From Phoronis australis (Eukaryota > Animalia > Phoronida), in contig NMRA01000062.1 of NCBI GenBank assembly GCA_002633005.1, positions 273,022 to 337,021 on the forward strand: a DNA stretch of 64,000 nucleotides. The letters are read 5' to 3'. The notes beneath the pieces are model-generated. The model was not told where the DNA came from. It saw nothing but the letters and a program-made list of their open reading frames with translations, and did no database searches. The stretch's first letter is position 1, and every line of letters starts with the position of its first letter. Positions 1 through 12,532 of the stretch are shown here, one piece after another. A program made the translations under genes and the position numbers.

Positions 1-289
1 AACAACGTCGTTTTACAGCTTGTAAGATTCATAATAAACGTATTTTGAATATTGCAATGCATGTGTTCCAAAATCTAAATAACTTGGGTCCTATATTTTT
101 GTATTAGTGCGCGCCGAATGAAAGTAATCGTGAGTGTTGCTGTGTTGCAAAATCTCTTATCCTGGGCCGATTTGAAAAATTCAAAGTTGTACTCATATTT
201 GTTTTCGCTCCTCTTTTCAAATATTACAGTAAAAACTACGTAAAACTCTCTCCATAAAAAGTACAGTCTGCTAGCTAGATTGTAATCAG

Positions 290-410
290 CTGATCATATC
301 CGCATGAGCGAAGCCAATTATCCTCGCTCGTGACTCGATGACTAGAGCAGCTTGGCGGCATCCCTTTGATCGTGAGCCGAGCGCGACTCAGCCAAGGTGG
401 ATAAATACGG
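290..410 (+). promoter_or_regulatory. Possible promoter or first non-coding exon of the EcKL gene
   Basis: Local CpG-rich patch with CCAAT, TGACTC-like motifs and a candidate donor aag|gtggat near 397. Inference only. Confidence 0.3.
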
Positions 411-1405
411 TCTAGTTCAATTTTCCATACCCCGCCATTTACCTTAACCACTGGGGTTAGAACCAATTTTATTTAGTGGGAATGTTCATAGCATGGTCTA
501 ATTCAAGCAAACTGAAGGGGTCGATCTCTTTAACAACTGAAATTTGTCACTTTAACAACTGAAATTTGTCATTATTTTGGACTTAAGAGAAGGGTCCAGT
601 ATTTCCCGAACAATAAAAACGGACATTACTAACTAACATTACACTCTCAGCGTGACATGATTCTAGAAAAAATAAATCCTAGAGGTAACATGGTCTAAGC
701 AAAAAACAATTAGGACTTGATGACAGTAAAATTGCAACAATTTCACATTAAAATAATTACCAAAATTTCCTTCCTTGGATTTTTCAAGATCTTTTATAAT
801 TGAAAAAATATCTTCTAGGCTGGTAGCCATAATGTACACACCTTCAACACGATAGAGCATTTATTTGGTGCAAATTATCTTAAGGACAAAACTGCGCAAA
901 CAAAATTTCACTTGACCACCATGTTGTCCTTAATTGGGGAACTTCTCCAGTTTGAGCAACTGTCCAAAATTTGGGACACCAAAATTCAAGCCAAAATTGA
1001 ATTTTTCTTGACTGAAGATTGGGACGTAGGTAACTTTGCCATTCATCATAGTTTCTCAAATATCAGACATTTTCCAAGAGAACAAATCATCAAGAATAGA
1101 TAACCAACGCAAAAAAATCTGTCTCACAATTCTAAAATTTGGGACGTCCAATATTCCTTAGTTTAAAATTTGGTACAAGCTCCTGTCTTGAGCGAATAAT
1201 TTTTCCTTATTTGCTCAAGGCAGTAGCTTGTACCAAACTAAACATTTTCACTGCACCAAGTTTTTACCATACTATAGATAACATAAAGGTTAACTACTAA
1301 TATCTTTAGCATTTGGGTCATGCAGTGATGTAGGTCAAAGTTAGATTTATCTAACTAGGTCACTCCTTAGAGCACATTGCAGGGCCACTAATTCAGTTGT
1401 GCAAC

Positions 1406-3150
1406 ATGGATAAGACCAGCAGTGAAAGCCAGTCTCCTGAGGCTCAGCTCATCACCACAGATCTCCTGCAGGACTTACTGATGGCAGCCAATCAACAAGA
1501 CCTTACAGTCGATGAGTATACAATAGCACCGGGCACCAAGCCAGGTCAGGAACGCAAGCACAGTATTTTGAGCTTGAATGGGTAACTTAGTCAGCATAGT
1601 GGCTTAATTAGGATTCCGCAGACAGTTGTAAATCATGGGTGCTGTTCGCACACTATAGGCATTTTGAAATTTACAGGGAAGGTCAGGGCAGCAGTTCTCT
1701 GTAAACCTTACTGCCCCGGGTTGTATTGTGTAACTAAACACACCTTAAAGGCAACGTGCAGGCAAATTCCTCACATGTATATTGGCCTTACCAGCCATTC
1801 TATTCATTTAGCTCACCCCTGTCTCTTGAAAACAATTTAACTATTATATTTTGTGTCAAGACAGAGCAGATACCGTAACTACTACTACTGAACGAACCAA
1901 CTACCATTCCACAGGACATTCTCAGAGTTAAGCAAAAACCCAACTTATGCAAGTTTTATTAATTTATCAGTATTATTATGATTATCACTACTACTACTAT
2001 TATTTGTTATTATTGTCATAACTAATACTATACTTATCATTATTATTATCATATAGGAGAGAACCTGTTCAATGCAGTGTTCCGCGTTCACGTCACAACC
2101 CACCAGACCGACAGAGGCGAGCCACAGGAACACACACAGTTGATTGTGAAAACCAAGTGTTTGAGCGATGAAAACCGCGACCAATTCACTGCCATGTTCA
2201 ACAAGGAAATAAAGACGTACGAAGAAATACTTCCGGCCATGATGAACATTACGCAAAAGACAGAAACCCCGATGGAGCTGCCAATGCCAAAATACTGTGG
2301 AGCGAGACTAGATAGCCGTCAAGCAATCCTGGCTGTAGAGGATCTGGGAATGAAAGGGTATGAAACGCCCGACGACACAGATGGCCTGGACTTGAACCAC
2401 TGCGAGTTGGTGATGAAGGAACTGGCAAAGTTCCATGCTTTCTCATACGCCCTGGAGAGAACATGCAGAGACATAAAGCAAATGTACCCCTTTGTTTACC
2501 AAGAGACATTCGTCAATGATTACGCGGAGAAAGAGATGTCACAGTTCTTTAGAGCCAGGATTCAAGCCGTAGTGGGACACGTGCGAGAAAGTGTTGTCGA
2601 AGAACATCTGGTGAGACGAGCGGAGAAACTACTCGACATGAACATTTTCCAAGAGTTCCGCAACGCCTATAACGTGGAAGGACCCTTCTCCGTAATTTGT
2701 CACGGTGACTTCTGGGAAAAAAACATGTTGTTCAAATACGATGAAAGGAAATTACCGGTTGAGGTAAAATTCATTGACTTTCAGTTAATTCGTCATTCAG
2801 TGCCAACAACGGACCTGTGCCTCTTCTTAGCATCAGCCACAGCGCCACCATTCCGCAGAGCACATCTCGACGACCTCCTCAAGCTTTATCACCAGTCGTT
2901 TCATAGCTGCCTAAACAAGCTGGCCATCACGTTTCCCGAATACACGCTTGATAAAATCCGTGAACTCTACTACAGACATAACATAATTGGCTTTTTGAAT
3001 GGTATTGTGTTTTTACCCGTAACCAAAGCTGAACGAAGTGATGGTCACACGACTGACAAAGAAGAATTTATTCTGGAGATGGGAAAGAATAGGAGATGTC
3101 AGTACCTGACAGAGACTGTCCTAGAGGCTATAGAACAGGGCATTCTGTAG
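1406..3150 (+). CDS. Ecdysteroid kinase-like (EcKL/CHK, choline/aminoglycoside kinase fold) protein, 410 aa; coding exons 1406-1544 and 2057-3150
   Basis: Phase-1 GT-AG intron 1545-2056 joins GTKPG-ENLFNAVFRV, the typical EcKL N-terminal motif. The ORF also contains EDL, LAKFHA, the Brenner motif HGDFWEKN and FIDFQ. An acceptor at 1395-1396 implies an upstream untranslated exon. Confidence 0.93.
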
Positions 3151-3258
3151 CTGGAATGTGCATTATGATGGAGGCAACAGAATGGGCACTGTGTAGTTAG
3201 AATGTGCCCATCCTGGGGACTACATGTGCTGGAACGTCAACATGCCTAGACGCTATAT

Positions 3259-3729
3259 CAGGGCTTGGAATGACCAATGACAAAAAACGCGGAAACTTTT
3301 ACGGCCCAAATCACGCCCAATAACCAGCCTTTGAAATGGTCAATGTTAACCTTTCCGCGACAAAAATCGGGATGACTAAAAAAAAAAAATGTTACCACCA
3401 TCAGTAGCATGCGTCTGCGTCGTTTTCGCTCGCCCGTCCACTCCCAACCCACACAAATTTGGCTGCAGAGCGGTAGTATTTGTCGCCGCGCTTAACAATA
3501 ACATGGGCCGCCATTGAAAATCACACCACGCTTTACCCAGATGCCCCGGCATAGAGCAACTTCCGCTTTCCGAGGTGAACGTCGTCTGCAATGCCGCGGT
3601 AAGAAAGGAATTTGCCGCGGAAATTTCATATCAAATCCGATTTTTTTACGCGGAAATATTATAAAAAAAGCGGAAAGCACATTTCAAAAAAGCGGAAATC
3701 CGCGTTTCCGCGGAAAATTCCAAGCCCTG
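3259..3729. mobile_element. hAT-like MITE, copy 1
   Basis: TIR CAGGGCTTG(G)AAT; 6-bp TSD CTATAT; subterminal GCGGAAA repeats. Confidence 0.9.
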
Positions 3730-4569
3730 CTATATGATTTGAGCAGCAAAGAACAAATCAGGGAATTGTGCAGCTCAAAAGTGGACTACTGAGGACCAGA
3801 ATAAGAACTTCCTATTTTACAAAGAGGGTCATAAGTAAAAAATTTGTCAACAGTTAAGTAGGCCTACAACTTCATAGACAATTACCAATAAATCAGCACG
3901 TAGTAGTTGGAGTGTGAGGTGAGCCCAGTGTCATCATACAATTCTTGACCGCAAAATGCAAATAAAAGTAACACCATGGCATTCCAATCTCCGTTCATAA
4001 TCAACTCTTCCAATTTTTTATCGCACACTATACCAGCGTGCTATAACAAAGCATTCATGTTGATGAACGCTCTTAAATTATTGGCACTAAAACTTTCACA
4101 TCTAACCAAAAGGTCACGTTCGGTTAAAAATGAATCCAACATAATATCCGCTTTCTGAACCAAGCTCAATAAGGTAGGTCAATTCCATTTTCCAGTTTGT
4201 TCAAGCAACTGGCACACTAAGTTGTTAGTCTGAGTGCCTAGTCACAAGCATGGGTCATCGGCAGCCAGATTTTCCAAGAACTGACCTTAAATAACTTTTG
4301 GTAAACATAATTTTGACCACTGAAGTGCTATAGTGGTTTATCTGCTGCTCCTTGTCAAAGTCTTAGCTAAACACAGATAAATGTTTCCAAATCAAAAAGA
4401 TGCACTTTAAAGAGGCATGCACAACACAACACAAACGATAACACTATGTCTGGTTGTTATCCCTATTACTTCCTGAAATCGGAGATTTGCAAGGTTTGGG
4501 TGGGACATGGGTATTTATGAACGATAAAAGCAAAATGAAACACTTGAAGGCAATAGAAGAGTGTGATAC

Positions 4570-7500
4570 TCACTCATTGTCCACGTGCGTACCCAGCCTA
4601 GCTGGCATTGACATCACTTGGTACCGTTTATCTCCATCAGAGGTCCTTCCAGGTGGTGTACTGGTCCCCGTGTTGGGTGGCTAGAAATCATTACATTCTT
4701 TAAATATTAATGACAAATAAAACAGTGTTGCTGAAAGGCTTTAATTACCCAAGAACCCTTGATCTAAATTTCACAGTCTCACTGTAACAGACACGACACG
4801 TATCCTTATAATACAAGGGTGTCTTTGACAAACAAATGGCGAGTTTCAGCAATTTTTATGGCCACCGCAGCGGTCAGCTGTGCTGTCTACTTCATGTGAA
4901 CAACACCTAAGCTTACAGCTCAAGTCAAGGCGAGAGCAACTGAATGAGTATAGTTACCGCTAGTTGATACGAGCCGACACCTCAGCTCGTAGCAGTGGTG
5001 GCACTGTAACGATGCAGGGAGCTTTTGAAAAATTGTGAAAATGACAAGTTTGACAATTATTTATGTTCAAATTTGAGAAAATTTTACCATACCTATAATT
5101 CAGAAAACATTCCTAGACTCTGACAAGCAAAATTTGCGTTGTTGATCCTCCCTAGGTACTCATCCCACCCTGTACCCACCTTGACGGTGACACTCTGCAG
5201 CGTGCGCACCCCCGCATCCGCAGGCACCGCCTGTGCTGCATCCATGTACTGTATAGGAGGCAGACGTCCAGACTTGGCCAAGTGACCCTCGCTCTGCTCC
5301 AGCTGATGCTGCTTCTGCTGTAGTTTACGACGCACCTCTGCGTTGTGAGCGAACGTCTGCTGCCACTGTTCAGCTGAAGGAGAGGTGACAGAGCATGAAA
5401 TGAACACCTACTGACACTGTTCAGCTGAAGGAGAGATGACAGAGCATGAAATGAACACCTACTGACACTGTTCTGCTGAAGGAGAGATGACAGAGCATGA
5501 AATGAACACCTGCTGCCACTGTTCAGCTGAAGGAGAGATGACAGAGCATGAAATGAACACCTGCTGACACTGTTCAGCTGATGGATAGATGACATGTCAG
5601 TAATTCTAAGGCAGAACTCACACGTACTGTTAGACTGGAGTATCAAAACACAACTGAGCAAAAAGACTAACAATGTTATTCCAGAAACACTAAGTATTAC
5701 AACATATGAATCTATCTTACAAACACCTAGAACCATCATCACGACAAACTTCTGCAGGTGGGTTTTTGCTTGAGGCCAATATATTTTTCTTCTACTTAGC
5801 AAACAAGGACTTTCATTTTCTCAAAATTTTCAACAATAATGAATATTTTCATAAAAATTCTGTTCCCATCAGTTACTACTGTATAGCTGTTATGAAACAA
5901 CACTTTGAAAAGTCTATGCGAGCAACTTTTGTAATAAAAATTGCATGGCCACTTTGGTAATGGTTTTTGCATGAAGCAACTTAGGAATTGTTATAGAGTA
6001 AATTTCATTGAAGACAGTCACAAAAATTTGGGATTTCTTCCAGCATCCCTCAGCAACAATAAGCCTAGTATACCAAGGGTCAGACGGTAATTAGCTAAAG
6101 CCAATGAGGGGTCTGCATATGGACACACCCACACAGTCACCCACCGCACACAACACCACTCAATGAGTTGAAACAACTCCAAATACATTGCACTTCACTG
6201 AATACATATCATATTTGTGTCTTTCCCTGTTCAGCACTGGACATCATTCGTAACAAATATGGGTTTGAATTAAGTTAGTTGTCGAGCAAAAGGCCGAGAC
6301 AGTTTCCAGTTTTGATTGAAGTACTAGGAGATAAGAAGCAATCTTATGTAATTCTTCTAGAAAATGCAAATGACTACATTATAAGTAGGCCTACAATTAG
6401 TATTAGGTGCAACATTCAAAAGAGAAATGTGCTTGTAAGATATTGAAGCAAAACCTCACAAGTGTCTAGGTCTTGGGAATCTCCAATGAAGCACGGAATA
6501 GGTGTGATGAGGAATAACTTCCACCACCTGGAAATGTATGTTATGTGAAATTTGCCCCTCCCCTTTGCCTGTCTGTTGACAGTTGCAATGTGCTGGATTA
6601 ACTTACTGGTCCTTGAAATTGCTCAGTTTTAGCGGTCTTGCAGTTTGTTCATATTACATGAACAATGAAGTATTTATCATATGTTTTAGTGGGCGGAGTC
6701 ACTCCAATTTCAATGAAAACTAATAAAATCTTACAGTAAAGGTCAATGACCAAAGTATGACACAAAGTGATAAGCTACAAAGTTATTCACGAGTGCTTTG
6801 GCTACTCAGGTTGTGTTCACTGGTATGAGTGTCTTGGTTGACGTAACACACCATATCACTTCAACTACCACCAACAACCAATAACAGCACACCCAGTGTG
6901 AACTCTGAACCTAAAGTGACCAATCATAAGGCTACAAGCACACCACCATCACTGCACTATTTGTTAATTTGCATATCTACCATCTGGGGAAGCGGCGGTA
7001 CCACTTTTGCTGTTGAATACCGGGGTGCCACATAGTGATAGGTCAGCGGGCGTGGCTGACCTCGCGTCAGGTGTGGTCTGACGAGTAAGTGACACTGACT
7101 CAACATCTGATAAAAAGGTTATACAAAATAACGGTTACTACATTATTTGTGATACAGATAGAAGTTTATCACATCAAATACAAAATAGTTTAACATTTCA
7201 TTCTTGAAAAATACTGACTAAAAAAACTGAACTATTTACGTAATGTTACAAAAATATTGTAGTAAAAAAGCAGTTAGTTTCTCTAATATTATCGAAACTT
7301 GTCAGTGCATTTTCAAATCTATAAAAATTTTTTTTCAACCTCTTCATTTTCACATTTCGTGCCTGGATTCACTCAATGCATGTATTAAAACACTAAACTC
7401 ACTTTAATGATTCACTATTTGTTGTAAACTAAATTAGCCATACCCTCATTTATTGGTTGCCGCGGTGATACAATGTTATTGACACCTGGATAGATAACTG

Positions 7501-10500
7501 GCAGAGCTGTACTGTTGCTTTCTCTGACAAAATCGTTAGTTCCTAGAAATTAGCAGGAATGAGAGATTGACAAATGTTGAGTTTATCGTGGCACAATAAT
7601 GCATTGAGTTCTTGACTACCATGCCAAAATACAGTTTTATGCTTGCTTCTTGAGTAATATTACATCAATGTCACAGGAACTTTCTTGGTCAGTGCCAGAC
7701 TAAAGATTTTTAGGATGTGAATGGGTTACGCAAGATTTGAATAGGGGCTTTAAATTCATCAATTTTAAATATTGTGACAATTGGACGTAAAATCAAGGCA
7801 GTGACGATAATTTTTCAAGACATGTACACTGTCTACAAACTTTCAAATGAAAAACACTCCCAATTCAGAAGCAAACCAACAAATGTCTCGTTAAGTCTTC
7901 AGACCGAATCCCAACACAAGACAAATAGCAAAGTACTTCAAACTGCAATAATTCAACTTAGCGGCCACGCATCTTCCTGCAGAAAAAAATCATTGACCTC
8001 CATTTTGTCCGACTTTACCATGGTTAACTCACCAAATAAAAAAAAACAGAAACAACGAATGCTTCCAGCCCAAAACACGAATCAACACACAATGAATTCA
8101 AAGCTTGCGCCGCATGGGGCTTCAAGATTATGGGTAACCCTAGAGAAATGTTGGAATGCGACTAGCTTCAAAACTTCACATCTCAGAAATGGTCGAGATT
8201 TAACTGAACCCTTCACATAGCAAGATTTAGGCAACATTCTCCAAACCACAGCCCCACTTCTTCACAAGGTGCGTTATTTTCATAAAAAAGTTAAAATCTG
8301 CACGAAACCAAAACAAAATTAGGAAAACCGACTGTAACAGCATGCTAGACATTTCATGGCAAATTGAAAATTTATTTCAAAATACATTATGATTACCTAA
8401 CTGATGCCATTATTTTGTTACATTTTACAATACATAACAAGTGATTGGACCAATGACAAAATGGCGTACAAAGCCAAACCATAAATTCCACATGCTTTCT
8501 ACTCCCAGAAAAGAGTTTTAATGAGCTAAATATTATGCACAGAGTTACCCATAACCAGCTATCAATAGCCAACTTGCTCCAATACATTCACACAGATCCA
8601 CCACTCACAGACAAGGGTATACACCATGTAGTTTAGCACAACGCCAATAACATGAACAGTGAACTCCAGCACACAAAGCAAACCCTGCAACTCACACCCA
8701 GCAATACCTGACTGAGGTATAACAGGAGACATAGTGTCAAGTGTGTCGGTCCGTGCTGCTGGAAGTTGATCAGATTGCACAAGAGTCAGAATGAACAACT
8801 CATGTGAAAAGAATTAAAAACTATGAGTAGGGAGGAGATAACTCATAATCTTCTTCTTGGTAATTTTGTATTTACCTGAATTCTAAAATTAATGCCCTTT
8901 TTATTGCAATCACGAAATCATTCAATTTTTGGGTTTTATTGAAATTTATAAATTTATCTTCGACACTTGAACGGACAAAAATCAGGTGTCACAAGTTCGT
9001 TTCCAGAGATGAAAAGAAGACCAGAGGCTGGCGTAAATTCAAGTATAAATGTAAATAAAGGTTTCTCTCTTCTTACCTCCCTCGCTGCCCCCCCCCCACC
9101 TCCCATTAAATCTGACTAAACACAAACAGTTCTGCCTTAAAACAGTTTCATCAGGATCGTGAATAACAATAAACACTGGCAAATTCATTTTTCCATCCAA
9201 AACTGATAAATACTGCAGAAAATTTTCTACATTTGCCCTTCCTGATGTCTTCCTAAGAGCATACTAGGAGGCGCTGTGCACAGGATGTTGTTATATGCTG
9301 CGCTGAGTTTATATCCGATAACAGGGTCGATCCACATCAGGAAGAGAGGTCACCCATCAACCGTGATGAGGCCGGATATAAACACAGCGCAAAATATAAA
9401 AACATCCTGTGTACAGCGCCTCCTAGTATGCACTGAGAAAGACATCAGGAAGTGCAGATGTCGAAAATTTCTGCAGGCATTTACCACTTTTTAGATGGAA
9501 AAAATTAATTTCCCTGTAACAAACAGTTCTGTCTATAATTGCAACTAGAGAACAACACTAGATTGAAAACTAGGCAAGAAGCGAACTATCTATAAGGTAA
9601 AAACTTCACTTGTTTTACACAAAATTGACAAAAATCAAACTCATGAAATCATTACTGAAATCTATTGACTTAATATTTACACCAACCTCGAGCCTGTTTA
9701 CAATGGCACAATTTTTACATGGTACACTCACATTGGTCAAAGTCAAGATGGCCAGAAAAATAACTAACTAAAACGTACCAGTGTAACAAGGCTAGAGGTT
9801 ACAAAGTAACGCGTTTAAGTTGGGTCTGCACGCCACCCATTGGCCACATCACGTGACCTAATGAACACAAGTCTGAAAAGATTTCTGCCCCCGACCGGGA
9901 CTCAAACACAGGACCTTGTGCTAACCGTGCAGACATTCTAGCCACTGAGCCATAGGGCGTGCAAACCAGACCTAAAAATGTTTGTGAGCTATTTCCACAC
10001 CGGTTCAAGATTTGCACGTTTATAAAGGCTAGACCTTGGTGTAAACAGACCATCAACATAGCTAATATTTTACTAAGTTATATAACGCCAAGACTAAAAC
10101 TTTTTTAATCTTTAATTTGTTGGAAACTTTTACTAAATAAATTTTCACTTGTCAGTTATCATGAGTGCTAAACAAGTGAACAATTACCATTGATAATGAC
10201 TAAGCCAAACAAAGAAACTACTCTAGAATTAACTTTCGCAGTGTCTTCAGCTATTCAGATGCCCAGTGACAGCTATCTAGGTGGTTGGATAAATACTACG
10301 CTACTAAAAGCTGATTTAACGCAAGCAAACGCCGCCTTCAAATCTCAATTTAATATGCAGTGGCAATTTTTATTAATATTTGTAAAATGCCAAACATGAA
10401 TAATAACCGAGAACATGGTGATGAATGATTTTGTCTTGTTTTAGCAAAATTGGTTAAACACACAAAGGAGTTTTCTATGTACAAAATGGCTGTAATACAT

Positions 10501-12532
10501 CATGTCGCGCCTGTCCTATATCTACAGCTACGTAAGCCTAGCTCACACACACACACAGATGTATAACCTGAAACTGCGCTTATATTAGGCAGTCTAAATA
10601 AGATGCTCGTTCCTGGAAATACATTCAAATTTTAGCAAATGACTACAAGAAAGGTTTCGGCAAAAATTATGTCCGCAAAAATTGTTTGAAAAGAGTTTGG
10701 TGAGTCATTCACAATATTTTAGGAGCAATAAAGACTTAACACCCGAAACTTGCAACTGCTTGTCAATACCACTCTCATTTTGGGCTTGAAGGGGGTAAAT
10801 AGTCCGCGCTGAGGCTTAGATAGACTTTTTTGGTTCTAAATCATGGGTGCCATTCACATACAACAAGCCTTTTGAAACTGACATACATGGTCAGTGAAAG
10901 TAGTTCTTGGTGAACTCTGCTCTTAATACACAACTGTCGCAGTTAGTGTGTGGAGGTACACACAGCTTAACAAAGAATTTGTAATCCTGGGTGAGAAGAT
11001 ATGATTTATTATCCCCTATGAATAACTGAATAGCCAAGCCCAGAATGCCAGTGGCAAAGGGACAGTTTCATTTTGTGTAATCCTAAAACATGTCACAACT
11101 GGCTCTTAGATAAACTCAAGATAGTGATATCTCCTGTATTAGCTAAAGGAAATTGCAATACCTTTCTACATGGCCAGATGGCAGCAGAGGTCATCTGTCA
11201 CATATGAACACTTTTAGTGTGTGTCATGACCTGTCGACCACACAGTCTGAAGATCAGCAAGGGGTCAAAGGTTACGAAATTCCCTTTTTGTTAACTCACC
11301 TGGAGACATGCCAATCCCTGAATCCCCTTGTGTTGATGGTGCCTGAACAAAGAAAAAATGAGATGAGACAATCCTGAGATGGAGTGTGTCAGCATTATGC
11401 ACCTGATGAAAAGTAAGAACAATAATTGTGGAGCACAAATGAACTAATGGCGTTAACTCTGACTTATTCTATGTAGCAATCCTAAACTTGATTTTGAAAA
11501 ACCTGCTTGCGATAAAAAGGAATATGTCATAATACCACACAGAAGCATCACATACATCACTCAACATAAAACTTGGAAAGAAATGGTCCGTTTCGTAAAA
11601 AATTTAGGCTCAAATCTGAAAAATGTTCTAATCTCAACTTGTCAAAGCACAGTCTCTGAGCTGATTGCATTCCAAAAACTGATAAATAATCAAATCATTT
11701 GCATAACTTATTGCTAAACTGTAATGTGCCAACAATTACTTTGGAAAAATTTTATTCAGTAATTGCAGAGTGGGAGTGAAAGACCAAATGTCCAAGTTGA
11801 GCTTCCGTCCCTTTTTATGAACCAGACTCCAGAGGTCTCTACTTATTGTTCAACGTCTTGTTTTGGAATTATCCAATACAAGACCATTGCCAAGTTTTCT
11901 CCTGAGGCCACTCTTCAAATTATTGTAGCTCTTCTCTCAGTTGGGCAAGTTTTTCATTTGGAGTTGTTGAAATGTATTAGACGAATGCAAAAACAACTTC
12001 ATTGCATCTGTGAAAAAGCGAATTTAAAATTTAAGAGTGGAGAGCCTCGACCAAATTGAACATCTGAGGCGCATATTAACCGTCTCCCACTGAACGTTCA
12101 GGCTCAAAATTTGAAGTGCTGACACCAGCCCAGGCGAATCGTTCCCGACCGTGGAGGTCAAAACTCCAGTCACTTGTCTCAGGAAAAAACTTGCCACCAA
12201 AAGAACATTCTGTAAAACTTACTTTCAAGAGTTAGTATGTTGCACAGTACAGACCGAATGAGTTACCAAAATGTTCCCCTGTGTCTGCAATTCTTACAGT
12301 ATTGTAACGTGTAAACGTGCAATACAGTACAGACCAAATGAGTTAATTACCAAAGTGTTCTCCCGCGTCTGGAACTCTGGAAGTGTTGTCACCTCGTCAT
12401 CCGCTTCATCCACCACAAGACTAGGCACGGTATCCGACGCTACCGGCAGTCTGGGAACAGAGACCTCACCAGATGGAGCTTTGATGTTGTTGGTAACAAG
12501 TTCGTCTGCTGCACTATCCTGGCCATGCTCTC
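4570..12532 (-). CDS. C-terminus B: exons 12351-12532, 11300-11342, 8708-8758, (6981-7106 in frame 1), 5180-5373, 4570-4680 (TGA)
   Basis: Phases 1>0>1>1>1>0. S/T/P/D-rich sequence followed by EQWQQTFAHNAEVRRKLQQKQ...GRLPPIQY...THVDNE*. Confidence 0.65.

Noticed and set aside
5152-5802. 216-aa ORF
   Set aside because: It is mostly the 51-bp repeat and an off-frame reading of the real exon.
9886-9958. Functional tRNA gene
   Set aside because: Stems and B box are mismatched, and it is embedded in a repeat with other partial copies.
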